A stretch of DNA of 64,000 nucleotides from the human T2T-CHM13v2.0 reference genome, Homo sapiens. Position 1 is the first letter of the stretch. Each line of letters opens with the position of its first letter. This document shows, one piece after another, positions 52,146-64,000 of the stretch. The notes beneath the pieces are model-generated. The model saw nothing but the letters and a program-made list of their open reading frames with translations, was not told where the DNA came from and did no database searches. The stretch is taken from assembly GCF_009914755.1 (NCBI RefSeq), contig NC_060928.1; one strand, 5' to 3'. A program made the position numbers and the translations under genes.

Positions 52146-52553
52146 CACATGAGGCCCATCTAAAGTAGCTGGCCAGGCTTGTCTATGACTTTACCACAGT
52201 TGCTGCCCATAGCTTGAAACAGACTCATGTCTTACGATCTCTAAGGCTACTCGTGGAAAAGGCTCAGTTCTTACAGAAGCAGTGAGAAGGAGAAGAAAAA
52301 GAGGACAATAGTAAGAGGATTCAAGATTTCACAAGTGGAAACTAAATATTATACAACAAGATTTCGTTACCTTGATCAGTATGAATTGATAAGGAAGAAT
52401 AATACATTAGAGGAAGAACACGTTTTATCAAATCAATTTTTTTAAAGCATATACAAATAAAGAAAATATACATAAGTTGCCCTTTTAAGAATGAGGTAGG
52501 ACAATTAAAGCAAACAGCAACAAAAAAGTAGTACAGCAAAAAGTAATACTTAC

Positions 52554-52757
52554 AATTATTCTGTTATTAAAGAAGTTATTCACTTGACAAATCCTATCAT
52601 TTTCTTTCTGGATGCCATTTTTAAGCTTTTCTATATCAAAACGAGTATTTAACCACTCTTCCAAAAACTGTGTCATTTCTTTCCTATTACTTAGTACTTG
52701 TTGAAATTCAGTCTTTATGCTAGGGAACTCACTTTCTGAGAAATCTTTGAGAATTTC
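52554..52757 (-). CDS. CENPE: CENPE exon n-7 ([15 protein letters not shown]...FFNNRII)
   Basis: 204 nt, cacag acceptor, GTAAGT donor. Confidence 0.94.
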
Positions 52758-53079
52758 CTGTGTGAAAAATAAGCGTCAAATTGTTTAAACATTAGGAAAG
52801 TTTTGATCCAAATATTTTATTTATATATATATATATATATATATAAAATAAAAAGAGGGCAATACCTAGTGGACTCTTGCTTTTCTTCCTTTTAATATCA
52901 TTTCTTAATATTTTAAAGTAAACTAAGAAATATAATTGTAAGTTAAAACTTTATTCTAGTTATTTGCATAATATAATTTTGGCAGTATACATGATGTAAC
53001 AGATTGTACCTATTAGAATTAAAGCTTGTCAAAATGACAAATTTGTGACTAATTGCTACAATACCTGAAGTGCATCTTA

Positions 53080-53204
53080 ATTTTTATTTTTTGAGATGGT
53101 CTCACTATGTTGCCCAGGCTGATCTTGAACCCCTGGAGTCAAGTGATCCTCCTGCCTGAGCCTCTTAAGTAGCTGGAATTACAGGCATGCCACTGGGGCT
53201 GGCT
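53080..53204 (-). mobile_element. Alu monomer
   Basis: ctcactatgttgcccaggctg; TSD tgaagtgc. Confidence 0.8.
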
Positions 53205-53555
53205 TCATGAAGTGCTTCTAAATGTAGCTTTTCAGTACATATAGCAGACCTTACATACATGTTGGGAATTGGATGCCAGCCTCACATAGATGAATGCAAG
53301 TAACACATTCCATGTGGAGTTGTTGTAATAAAGCGGTTTCTGACTCCCAGCATAGACATAAGTTTTCCTGTATCTATTGAGGTCTGAAGAGAGGCTAGTC
53401 CATTATTTGCCAGTCTTTATGTCTGGCCAGGTATCACTCTGCAACGTATTTTTAATTTCTGGTAAATGAAAATAGCTCTAAGCACATGAAAAAGTACCTT
53501 TCTACTTGATAAAAAGGCTTAAAATCTAACTAAATCCATTTAAAATAAATTATAC

Positions 53556-53753
53556 CTCAATATGTAGATCCATATTCTGGTTCAATTTGAGATCCCTTAA
53601 TTCTCTGGATGGTACATCACAATCTTGTTGAAGGTGCTGTATTTTAATTAGCAATTCCTTTTGCTTTTCCACTTCATCAATAAAATCCATTTCAAATTTA
53701 TTGATGGATTCATGTTGTTCTTCTTTTATTTTTGTAACATAGCTTAACACATA
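53556..53753 (-). CDS. CENPE: CENPE exon n-8 ([15 protein letters not shown]...NMDLHIE)
   Basis: 198 nt, gcaag acceptor, GTATAA donor; ORF 53550..53750. Confidence 0.93.
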
Positions 53754-54213
53754 CTTGCAGAAAAAAATTAAACAAATTGGTAAATGAAAATTTTGTCACA
53801 TGTAGAGAAAGTTTTCATCCTTGAGACTATGAGGTAGGATGACATCTCTTATTTACCTATATCCTCTCACAAGTGAGGAAAAGGGAAAGAGCTTCTCTCT
53901 ATCCCCAGTTTTTCCTCTTAGTATCTTAGGAGAATAACTAACTCCCAGACCTATAATTCCTTATTTCTGACTTCTTACCAGATATACTTCTTGGATGTCT
54001 TACAAGTACTTCAAATTCAACATGTTTAAAACGTAACATGATCCCTTTCTCTACAAGTCCTCCTTTTTCTATTGCCCAGTTTTTGGCTAATTACATTACC
54101 AATCACCCAGGTTTCCCAGTTAAACTCATGAGACTCATTTTCAACATCCTCTCCTGCCAACGCTGATTGGGTAACCAAAAAGATGAAGTTACATGCCTCA
54201 AGACTTCCTTGTC

Positions 54214-54520
54214 GGCCGGACATGGTGGCTCATGCCTGTAATCCCAGCACTTTGGGAGGCTGACGTGGGCAGATCACAAGGTCAGGAGTTCGAGACCATC
54301 CTGGCTAACACAGTGAAACCCTGTCTCTACTAAAAATACAAAAAATTAGCTGGGCGTGGTGGCAGGCGCCTGTAGTCCCAGCTACTTGGAGGCTGTGGCA
54401 GGAGAATGGCGTGAACCCGGGAGGCGGAGCTTGCAGTGAGCCGAGATCATCACACCACTGCACTCCAGCCTGGGCAACAGAGCAAGACTCCGTCTCAAAA
54501 AAAAAAAAAAAAAAAAAAAA
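54214..54520 (+). mobile_element. Alu (AluY-like) within L2
   Basis: 14-bp TSD aagacttccttgtc. Confidence 0.95.
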
Positions 54521-56001
54521 GACTTCCTTGTCAAGCATATTTAGATATTTGGCTTCAAGAGACAATAATTTCAATGCCAAATGTCTCATGGACTTCATGA
54601 ATAATTCTAGATGTCTGATTACCAGGATTTGTGGAAGAATTACCAGGGCCCGAAGGGCAATCTACCCAGGTAGGGCAGATACCAGCTTACTTATTCCTCA
54701 ACTTCCACCATTCCTTAACCTCTTATAATCTGGTCTCTTCCTTAACTACCCAGTTGAAACTGTTCTCTGACAATGATCACTAATGAGTTCTATTATCACC
54801 ACATTGAGAGAATATCTTCAGTCCATATTCTGACTCTCTGAAGTATTTGCCACTCATAACTTCATCTTTGACATACTCTTCTCCACTGATTTGGGTAGCA
54901 GTACTTTTGCTAGTTTCTCTCCTGTATCTTTGACTTTTCCAACCTTGAACCCATGTGTTGCTCCCTTTTCTGCTACTGCCTCTTAGACATTTATCTTTTC
55001 CAGAGTTCTGTTTTTATCCCAAGGCTCTTAGTCTTCATTATGCTTTCTGGATGATCTTACAAATGTATTATCTATCACCTATATGCTGATCAGTCTCAAA
55101 TGTTAGTTCTTATTTTTCTCCTGCCAAACCTCAAACTCAAATCTAAATGTCTACTTGGTTTCTCTTCTTGGATGTTCCATCATAGGTATTTCAGCCCCCA
55201 AACATCTCAAATTAAACAATCTCCTGCCTCATCTACCTTGTTTCTCTTTCTTTTTTATTTTTGAATCTCAGTTAATGGTACCACTATCGACAAACCTGAC
55301 TAAGCCCAAATCCAAGAACTCCATCTAAACTTCTCTCCCTTATGTCCACTATCAATTATTTCGACCTACTATTTTAAGCTGCTAAATATTTCTTTAATCT
55401 CGTTTGTCCTCTCCAGCCCTGTGAAACCCTCCCTAGTAGTACAGTCACATATAATATCTCATCTGGACCACTGTAACTGCCTCTTATTGCTTTCTGCTAC
55501 TAGGCTTATCTCCCTCAAACTCATTTCTTCTGTATTCTTTAGTTTAGTACCTAAGTGGTAATCAGATCCTGTTACCACCACCACTTAAAACAATAGTCTA
55601 ATGATTCCCCATCTACAAAAAGAACTCCAAGCTTTGTTATTGAGTCTGGCTTCTACTACAGTTTCATCTTCTGTAATTTTATTTAGTACGTCATATAACT
55701 TGCATACACTTCTATCATTGCACTTAATACTTGTTTATATGTCTGTCTCACCCCAGACTATGAGATCTTTGAGATGTTAACTCACATCTGCCTCCTGAAC
55801 ATCCTGACATAATGTCTAGGCCCACAGGCAGAGTTCAGGTGTTGCTGATATCCTACATATTACTATGCTCAGACCCACATAATCTTTAATTTGGTAGTAA
55901 GAATACTAAATAGCAAATATGCCGGCACCTGAAGCAGGACTTAAATACATTGATGTTTATAACTGAAATATTTAAAAGGATATTACTAAAAAAGATGGTA
56001 C

Positions 56002-56220
56002 CTTCAGTTTCTTCATGATTCTGTGGAATTCCATGGAGCATCTCTGGTTTGCAGTAAAAAGTTTTTCAATGTGTTTGGTTTGTAAATAGGGAAGTGAGAG
56101 GTTTGCTTTAACTCTCATTGAAAGCTCTTTTTGGAATTCAATTTCCTTCTCCAAGTCAAGAGACAATCTATTCAAGCACTCATAATGATCATCCATCTCT
56201 GAGTATCTCTTCAAAAGCTC
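56002..56220 (-). CDS. CENPE: CENPE exon n-9 ([14 protein letters not shown]...RIMKKLK)
   Basis: 219 nt, tttag acceptor, GTACCA donor. Confidence 0.94.
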
Positions 56221-58211
56221 CTAAAGGAAATGAGAATTCACTCAATTTATAACAATTCATTCTAATATCACAATAAGTAGTTACAACTCTAGAATTGTAA
56301 CAAAACTTATGCTTTAACATTTTCTGTAGGAGAGAAATAAAGACCTTTGTGTCTAAAAACAAAAGGAAACTCTTGTTGTCATTTTGGATAACAGAAATAA
56401 TAGATAATTATTATGGCAATTTAAAAAATTTAAGCAAATATAACAAAGAAAGCCAGGACCAACCATTCTTAACATTTTGATGCATTTTCTTTTAGTTTTT
56501 TGAATATCCATGATATGAATCAACATTGACAAAGTCTGATGAGAAATTTGAGTAAATTCAATTAAGTATGTATTGTAGTTCATGGTTGAGTGCTGGTTTA
56601 TGTTTATAGTAGGCAGTCTGAGTTAGCAGATAAAACAAGTGATTAAGAATCAAACCACCTATTTGTCAGCTTGGTACAGATACTTCACACAATCCTACTA
56701 TCTGCCTACAATCTGTTTTCTAACCCTTTATCAGAGGTAGAGTTCAGGTTCCAGCTCTGCCACTTCTTGACTGGGGAAGTCACTGAGCCATTTTCACAAC
56801 AACAGGAAGACTACAATAATTACCACAAAGTTTTCTGGGGTCAAGTAAAATATATGATCTATACCTATATACCTATGTAATCTATAAAACAGACACAGTC
56901 ATTTAACTTGAAGGAGACAAAATTATGTTTATAAACATGTTTCTATACCCAAGTTTTGAACTAAGTCAGATACAAGTCTGACTTAGTTTAAAATTCTGAT
57001 TCTAACAATTTACTAGCTGTGTAACCTTGGGCAACTGCTAAACTTCCTTTCTGAGGAAGGCAGTTTCCTTGTTTATGAATGGAGCAATAAAGCCTATATC
57101 ATGAGGTAAAGCACCCAGTATGGTACCTGGCATACAGTAGACATGCAATAAATCTGGACCCATAGACTCAAGTGACTTGAGGCTATGCAGGTGACACACT
57201 GGTCAGAGCACAGGTAGAGAAACATGTAAAATTCAAGTTACTGTAATCATGTAGTAGGTAACATGTTTAGTTCAGGCTGCTAAACAATAAAACAAGGGCG
57301 TTCTCACAAGAATGAGCCCTTTATTTTTAATAATTTAAGAAAAGCTAGATGTTAATCAATCTGGAATGTTGGAGAGGGGATTCCTGTTTTTGGTTTTAGG
57401 ATGAATCAACTACGGTATACAGCAGCATATTGAACACTGACTTATGTCAGGAATGTGCTAAATGATGTAGTCATAAACAAAACAAAAATGTCCTTAGAGA
57501 TCTTGCATTCCAACAGGTGTGACTGTAAATCCTGTTGGCTTTCCCTTCAATGTATATTCAGAATCTCAACACTTCTCACTACCTCTATTGCTCCCTCTCT
57601 GGGCCAGGCCAGGATGATCTCTGCCTGGGTGATTGAAATCAGTCTTTATAATGGTCTTCCTGCTTCCACTCTATTTTCAATATAACAATTAAGAGTCATC
57701 CCTTTAAAATGTTAAGTCAGATTATGTTTCTCTTGCGGTAAAAATTCCCCAATGGATCTCCACCTCACTTAATAAAACTCAGTCTTTTTTCATGTCCCAC
57801 AGCTTGCCTCTTCCCTGCTAACTCTCTGATCTCATTCATTAGCAGCTTGCCCTCTTTTCGATATTCCTTGAACCACCACAGAGTCTTCTGCCTCAGGAAC
57901 TTTGTACTCGCTGTTCCCTTTGCCTATAATGGTCTTTTCAGACATCTGTATGGCCTGACCCTTTACCTCGTTCAGGTATTTGCTCAAGTATCACTTTTCT
58001 GGTGAGGACTTAAATTCACAAGCTCCCATTGTTGTTTGTGTATGTGTGTATATATGCATTATACCCACACACCTGTACTAGATTACAATGTTTAGAAAAA
58101 TACTGAGCACTATCTATTTATTCCAGAGGTTCCTTCAATCCCACTTCAGGTTTCGGTAAGCCTTTGGAAGACAACCAATAATCATTTGTAGTTTTAACAG
58201 GGGGTACTTAC

Positions 58212-58310
58212 TTTTATTCTAGAGCACTTTTCTCTCAGGCTTTCCGTAAGGTGCTGTTGTCCATCACTTAGTAACCTTTTTTCAGGTTTTACTTGGTGGT
58301 TCTGTCGGTC
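58212..58310 (-). CDS. CENPE: CENPE exon n-10 (DRQNHQVKPEKRLLSDGQQHLTESLREKCSRIK)
   Basis: 99 nt, agcag acceptor, GTAAGT donor. Confidence 0.93.
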
Positions 58311-58582
58311 CTGCTTTGGTAAAAAGAAAATAAACAGGGCTTTTGTCATGACTATATTCACATATAATGTCTAATCGCACACTTCTAAATTACATGACAT
58401 TTCAATAATGGAATTAAATATTATACTTGTCACTCAAAAGCAATGTTAAAATGATCAGAAAATGAATAATAGTATCAGTAAGTTTTATAGGGAGTGACCT
58501 TAACTCATTGGTAAAAAAGTAGAAAAATCATCTAATTTTTGGAGACAGGATTTGTTTTTCATAGCTACAAATTAGGTTTTAG

Positions 58583-58727
58583 GGCCAGGCATGGTAGCTC
58601 ACGCCTGTAATCCTAGCACTTTAGGAGATCGAGGCAGGAGGATCACTTGAGCTCAGGAGCTCAAAACCAGCCTCAGCAACATAGTGAGACCCTGTCTCTA
58701 TAAAAATAAATAAATAAATAAATAAAC
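58583..58727 (+). mobile_element. FLAM-like Alu monomer
   Basis: Left arm with (taaa)n tail. Confidence 0.85.
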
Positions 58728-59649
58728 AACCAGGAAAACAAATAAATTAGATTTTAATTTCTGATTCCTACTCTTCCAAATCTCTGCATTATTCACTTGT
58801 AGTTTTAACAGTGGCACTTGCTTTTATCCTAATGCACTTTATTGGCGCCAACCAAATATACTGGCAAAACCACCTGTACTGTCTATGGTGTTTCAAACCC
58901 TAGTCATATATTCTTCCCAGCACCTTGGAAAAGTTCATATCCTGTGTACATTTTGCATTTCTGATTAAAAAGTATAAAGTGAAACAAAAACATTTTCTCC
59001 CACTTATCTTGTTCACTACAGTACCTAGAAGAATATTTGATGAATGAATTAAATCTCTCTATAAATTTAGTTCAGGCCCACATAAAGAAATATGAGAATA
59101 AAAAAGATTTTTACAGATTTTAATAAACTTGTCTGAACTCTGTTACTTTCAAAAAGAGGATTTAATTAGATATTTTAAGATATATGATTCTGAATATCTA
59201 TAAATAGTCATACCAGAGGAACTTAATTTTTATATTTATCTTCCCTTTTTTCCTTTTAACTTCACCAATAAGAGCCCAACTCTAGAACTCCAGCATGTAT
59301 AGGTAGAGAAATGGGAATATTTGCTCTCTTACAAATCTAATCCTTCAAATATTTCTCCATTTAGAATAATGCTATCTCTTGATTAAAAAAAACTTTAAAA
59401 TGTTATATTAAGGGAAATAGACTGCTTTAACACAGTTTATAAAAATAAAGAATTAAATGTTATTTTCTGAAAATATTTTTGCTTCTTTTAAAACTGTTTT
59501 CTATTGTGTAAAAATTAGAGTAACCATTTCCCACTGTCCTTTACTGTTCATAGGAATTTCCAGAGAAAGAAATAAAAACATTGTAATTCTTTTCAAAAAA
59601 GCTTAATTCTTATTAATAGTTACTACACAAAGGAAGACTCTGAACTCAC

Positions 59650-59940
59650 TCTAGCTATCATTTCCCTTAAGGTTGCTATGAATTGGTCCCTTTCCATTTT
59701 GAGAGATTCTTTTATCCTCCTTAGCTCATCTCTTTCTTTAGCTACAATTCTTATTTCTTCAAGGCTTTCATGAAGTTTCTTAGTCAACTGGAAGTTATCC
59801 ATTCTCACACTTTGCATAGATAAGTTTTGGGCCTCAAATTGCTTCTTCAACTGTTCCATTTCATTAATTTTTTTATGACTCATATTGACATCTTCTTTCA
59901 CTCTAAGCAGTTGAAGTTCTTTTTTCTGAAGTTCTTGGAT
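59650..59940 (-). CDS. CENPE: CENPE exon n-11, B-type coiled-coil module (IQELQKKE...MIAR)
   Basis: 291 nt, ctcaag acceptor, GTGAGT donor. Confidence 0.94.
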
Positions 59941-60116
59941 CTTGAGATAATTGTAAAACAAGTTAGAATGTAAGCAGTTTCTTCAAGGAAGGCAAATAGT
60001 GTCTACTTGTGTTCTATATGCACATATCTATCTACATATCTGTATCTATATCTTTTTAATTCCACAAATAATTTTGGGCACAGTTACTTCCAAAAGAAGA
60101 ACAAAACAACACATAC

Positions 60117-60275
60117 CTTTTTCTGTAATTCATCTTTTGATTTATCTAAATCCTTTTGAATGTCTGAAATTTGAATTGTCTTTTCTGAAATTTTTTCTCT
60201 AAGTTTATCAACAGTTTCTTTGTGTTCTTTTGATAGCATACGAGCAGTTTTTAGTTCCTGTTGTATTTCCAGATC
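60117..60275 (-). CDS. CENPE: CENPE exon n-12, A-type module (DLEIQQELKTARM...DELQKK)
   Basis: 159 nt, ataaag acceptor, GTATGT donor. Confidence 0.93.
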
Positions 60276-60674
60276 CTTTATGGTTAGAAGAAATCAAGAA
60301 ATGTAATGATATAAAGGCACGTTACCTTTACTTAATGATTGAGTTTAAACAAAATCTTAAAAATTATACACTCACAGTTAAAAACAACCATTATACAACC
60401 TCCTAAATTAGAAGAGTAAAGTAAAATTTTCTGCTGGTAGCCTCACCCATAGCCTTCTCCTTTCATACCACTTGGACATCTTTCTAAATCAATATCACAA
60501 AAAGAATACCCCATTCTTATGCTTAGTTTTCCATTATACAGATAGTGCCTTATTATTGGTGGACACTTAGATTATTTCTAGGTTTTAGTCACCAGACACA
60601 ACGCTGCAGTGAACACTGTATTTTTGCCCAAATATGTGAATATAATGGTAGGGTAAAGAGAGAACACAACTCAC

Positions 60675-60965
60675 TCTAGCTTTGGTTTCTTGCAGGCTTT
60701 CCTTGAGTTGGTCTCTCTCCAGTTTGAGTGTCTCCTCTACTCTTCTTAGATTATCTCTTTCTTTCATTACAGATTTCATTTCTTCAAGGTTTTCATGAAG
60801 TTTCTGAGCCAAATTTAAATTCTCTATTTCTAATTTACTCAGAGTTAAGCTTTGGTCTTTTATTTGTTTCTTTAGTTGCTCCATTTCAGACACTTTTTTC
60901 TGTGTCTCATTGACATCTTTTTTTAACGTAATAAGTTGATGTTCATTTGCCTTAAGTTCTTGAAT
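60675..60965 (-). CDS. CENPE: CENPE exon n-13, B-type module (IQELKANE...ETKAR)
   Basis: 291 nt, cttaag acceptor, GTGAGT donor. Confidence 0.94.
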
Positions 60966-61610
60966 CTTAAGATAATCATAAAATAATATGTTAGGTGGCT
61001 TTTTAGGGACAGATAAATAATAGTTTCTAAATTGATTAAGACAACTGTCTACCCATGTTACTCTCACTGATATCCTGCACAATTCCACACAGAATTTTAC
61101 TTTCTTTTGAGGTATAATATATATAAAGCATGCTCATCTTCAATGTATAACTTAATTATTCTTGACACAGGTGTAAATCTATGAAACTACAACCCAGATT
61201 AAAACAGAGAATATTTCTAGCACTTCATAAAGTTTCTGTGTGCTCCTTCCTAGAGACAGCCACTATTCTGACCTTTATCATCCTGGTTCAGTTTTGCCTG
61301 CTTTTGAACCTATATATCACAATGTATGTATCCATTTTCCTGCTGATAGACATTTGAGTTTTCAGTTTTTTGTTATTTTGAATAAGGCTGCTATAAACAT
61401 TCTTGTGTCTTTTTATAGAAGTATGTACGTACTCTTTTCTCTTATGTACATACCCAAGAAGTGGAAATGTTGGGCCTCAGGCAGGCTACATCCAGCATTA
61501 GTAAATACTGCCAAGGTGTTTTCCAGTGTGGTTGAACCATTTTATATCCCCAACAATTTTAGGCACAAACAAATTAGATATCCAATCAAACAATCCCCCC
61601 ATAAAAATAC

Positions 61611-61769
61611 CTTTTCTTGTAATTTAGCATTTGAATTTTCTAAATCTTTTTGCATATTTGATAGTTTATCTGTCTTCTCAGAAACAATTCCTCTGAGTTT
61701 GTCAATAGTTTCCTGCTGCTCTTTCAGATGCATGTGAGCAATTCTTAGTTCCTCTTGTATTTTCAGATC
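61611..61769 (-). CDS. CENPE: CENPE exon n-14, A-type module ([13 protein letters not shown]...AKLQEK)
   Basis: 159 nt, gtaaag acceptor, GTATTT donor. Confidence 0.93.
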
Positions 61770-62332
61770 CTTTACCATTAGAGAAATTTTAAAAACAGTG
61801 ACATATCTTAATATTAGTTTTTAAAAAATAAAGTGATATATTTTCTTAGTAAAAATAATAACACTGTTACTCTATATCTTTGCTGTTGTTTTTAAGGTAC
61901 AGGCTTTCTCTTCCCTGTCCTCCTCTCTTCACACTCTACTTCTGCTTTCCAGAGGCAAACACATTACACATATATTACTTTTTTTAAGTGTTGCATAGTA
62001 TTTCGATATATTGTTCATATTTACTGTTTCCTTCTGAGGAACATTTAGATTGTTTCAGATTTTTAATTAAAATCACTACAATAAATAACCTGTGGCATAT
62101 GTATACGTTGTGTTTGTATATACACACACACTCCTTTAACAGTATATATGTAGGCTAAAGTCCGTAAGGAAAATGCTAATTGCAGACTTGAACTTTTCAA
62201 GAACAGTACCAAATTATCTGCTTAAAAGGCTGTATCATTTCATTCTTGCCAACAGTAGTACTTGGTTCAAAGAAGGGTTCATTGCTGTAAGAACACAATA
62301 CATTGAATTGCCAGGGAGAGGAATGAGCTTAC

Positions 62333-62922
<590 letters not shown>

Positions 62923-63108
62923 CTTGAGATAATCATACAATAAGTTAGGATTATCAGTAGATATAAAAAGATCAATGATAGTTTCTAAATTGAGTAGGCA
63001 AGTAAGTCTTCACTTGCCTTCAATTTTAGGGTAATTCATATCTTGTTTCATTACACAAAAAGTTTGATTCAAACTCTCAGTAACTGAGATAACTTAAAAA
63101 TAAAATAC

Positions 63109-63267
63109 CTGTGCTTTTAAGGCATCATTTGAGTGTTCTAAGTCCTTTTGCATATTTGATATTTCATTTGTTTTCTCTGAAACAATCCCTCTTAGTTTAT
63201 CAATAGTTTCTTGGTGCTCCTTCAGATGCATGTGAACAATTTTTAGCTCCTCTTGTTTTTCTAGGTC
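63109..63267 (-). CDS. CENPE: CENPE exon n-15, A-type module (DLEKQEELKIVHM...DALKAQ); gene continues beyond the window
   Basis: 159 nt, ataaag acceptor, GTATTT donor. Confidence 0.93.
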
Positions 63268-63576
63268 CTTTATCAATAGAAAAATAAAAATAATACATTG
63301 AGAGTAGTACCATCCACATGCTATAGAAAGGTATAGGGCAGGAGGTAAAAATCTTCCACCCTCTTCTGAGGCCTCCTAGTTCTCACCCTCTAAGCTACTT
63401 TTAGATGTCAATACATTCTAGATACACTATTCCTGAACTTACCCTGTTCCCTAACAGGACACTTCACCCTTCAAATCAGCACTATAGCTCTACCACATTT
63501 TTTATTTGTGGCATAGAATTCCATGACGTGAATGTGCTGCACTTATTTAACCAGTCCCTTACCAATGGATGGTTAG

Positions 63577-64000
<424 letters not shown>

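Noticed and set aside
60276-60295. TTCTTCTAAC close to the AG suggesting a U12-type intron
   Set aside because: The matching donor is GTGAGT (U2-type), not GTATCCTT.
61240-61737. 165-aa + strand ORF
   Set aside because: Made of an L1 fragment plus the antisense of a CENPE exon; non-ATG start, no family resemblance.

Overview
Human-type (primate) genomic DNA, recognisable as the BDH2-CENPE locus (chr4q24). Both genes lie on the minus strand. Bases ~1.9-19.8 kb hold BDH2 non-coding exon 1 and coding exons 2-9; the last exon lies off the left edge. The promoter has ZNF143 and CTCF motifs. Bases ~25.7-63.3 kb hold the last 16 exons of CENPE (coiled-coil stalk, tail, CKTQ CAAX box, 3'UTR). Exon boundaries were read from GT/AG sites and checked for phase. 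The rest is Alu, L1, L2, MIR, ERVL/MaLR and Tigger/MER repeats; subfamily names are from recalled consensus sequences and edges are approximate. Main observations: (1) the CENPE stalk is built from tandem 159-nt + ~291-nt phase-0 exon modules, and one long exon (62333-62922) is split by an Alu but reconstructs to an open 94-codon exon with intact splice sites; (2) a second exon relic with a GT>GC donor; (3) a perfect 107-bp inverted repeat in BDH2 intron 3; (4) an old ~390-bp inverted duplication around the BDH2 promoter; (5) a direct plus inverted duplication scar next to a palindromic minisatellite. No prokaryotic system, CRISPR array or RNA gene is supported.
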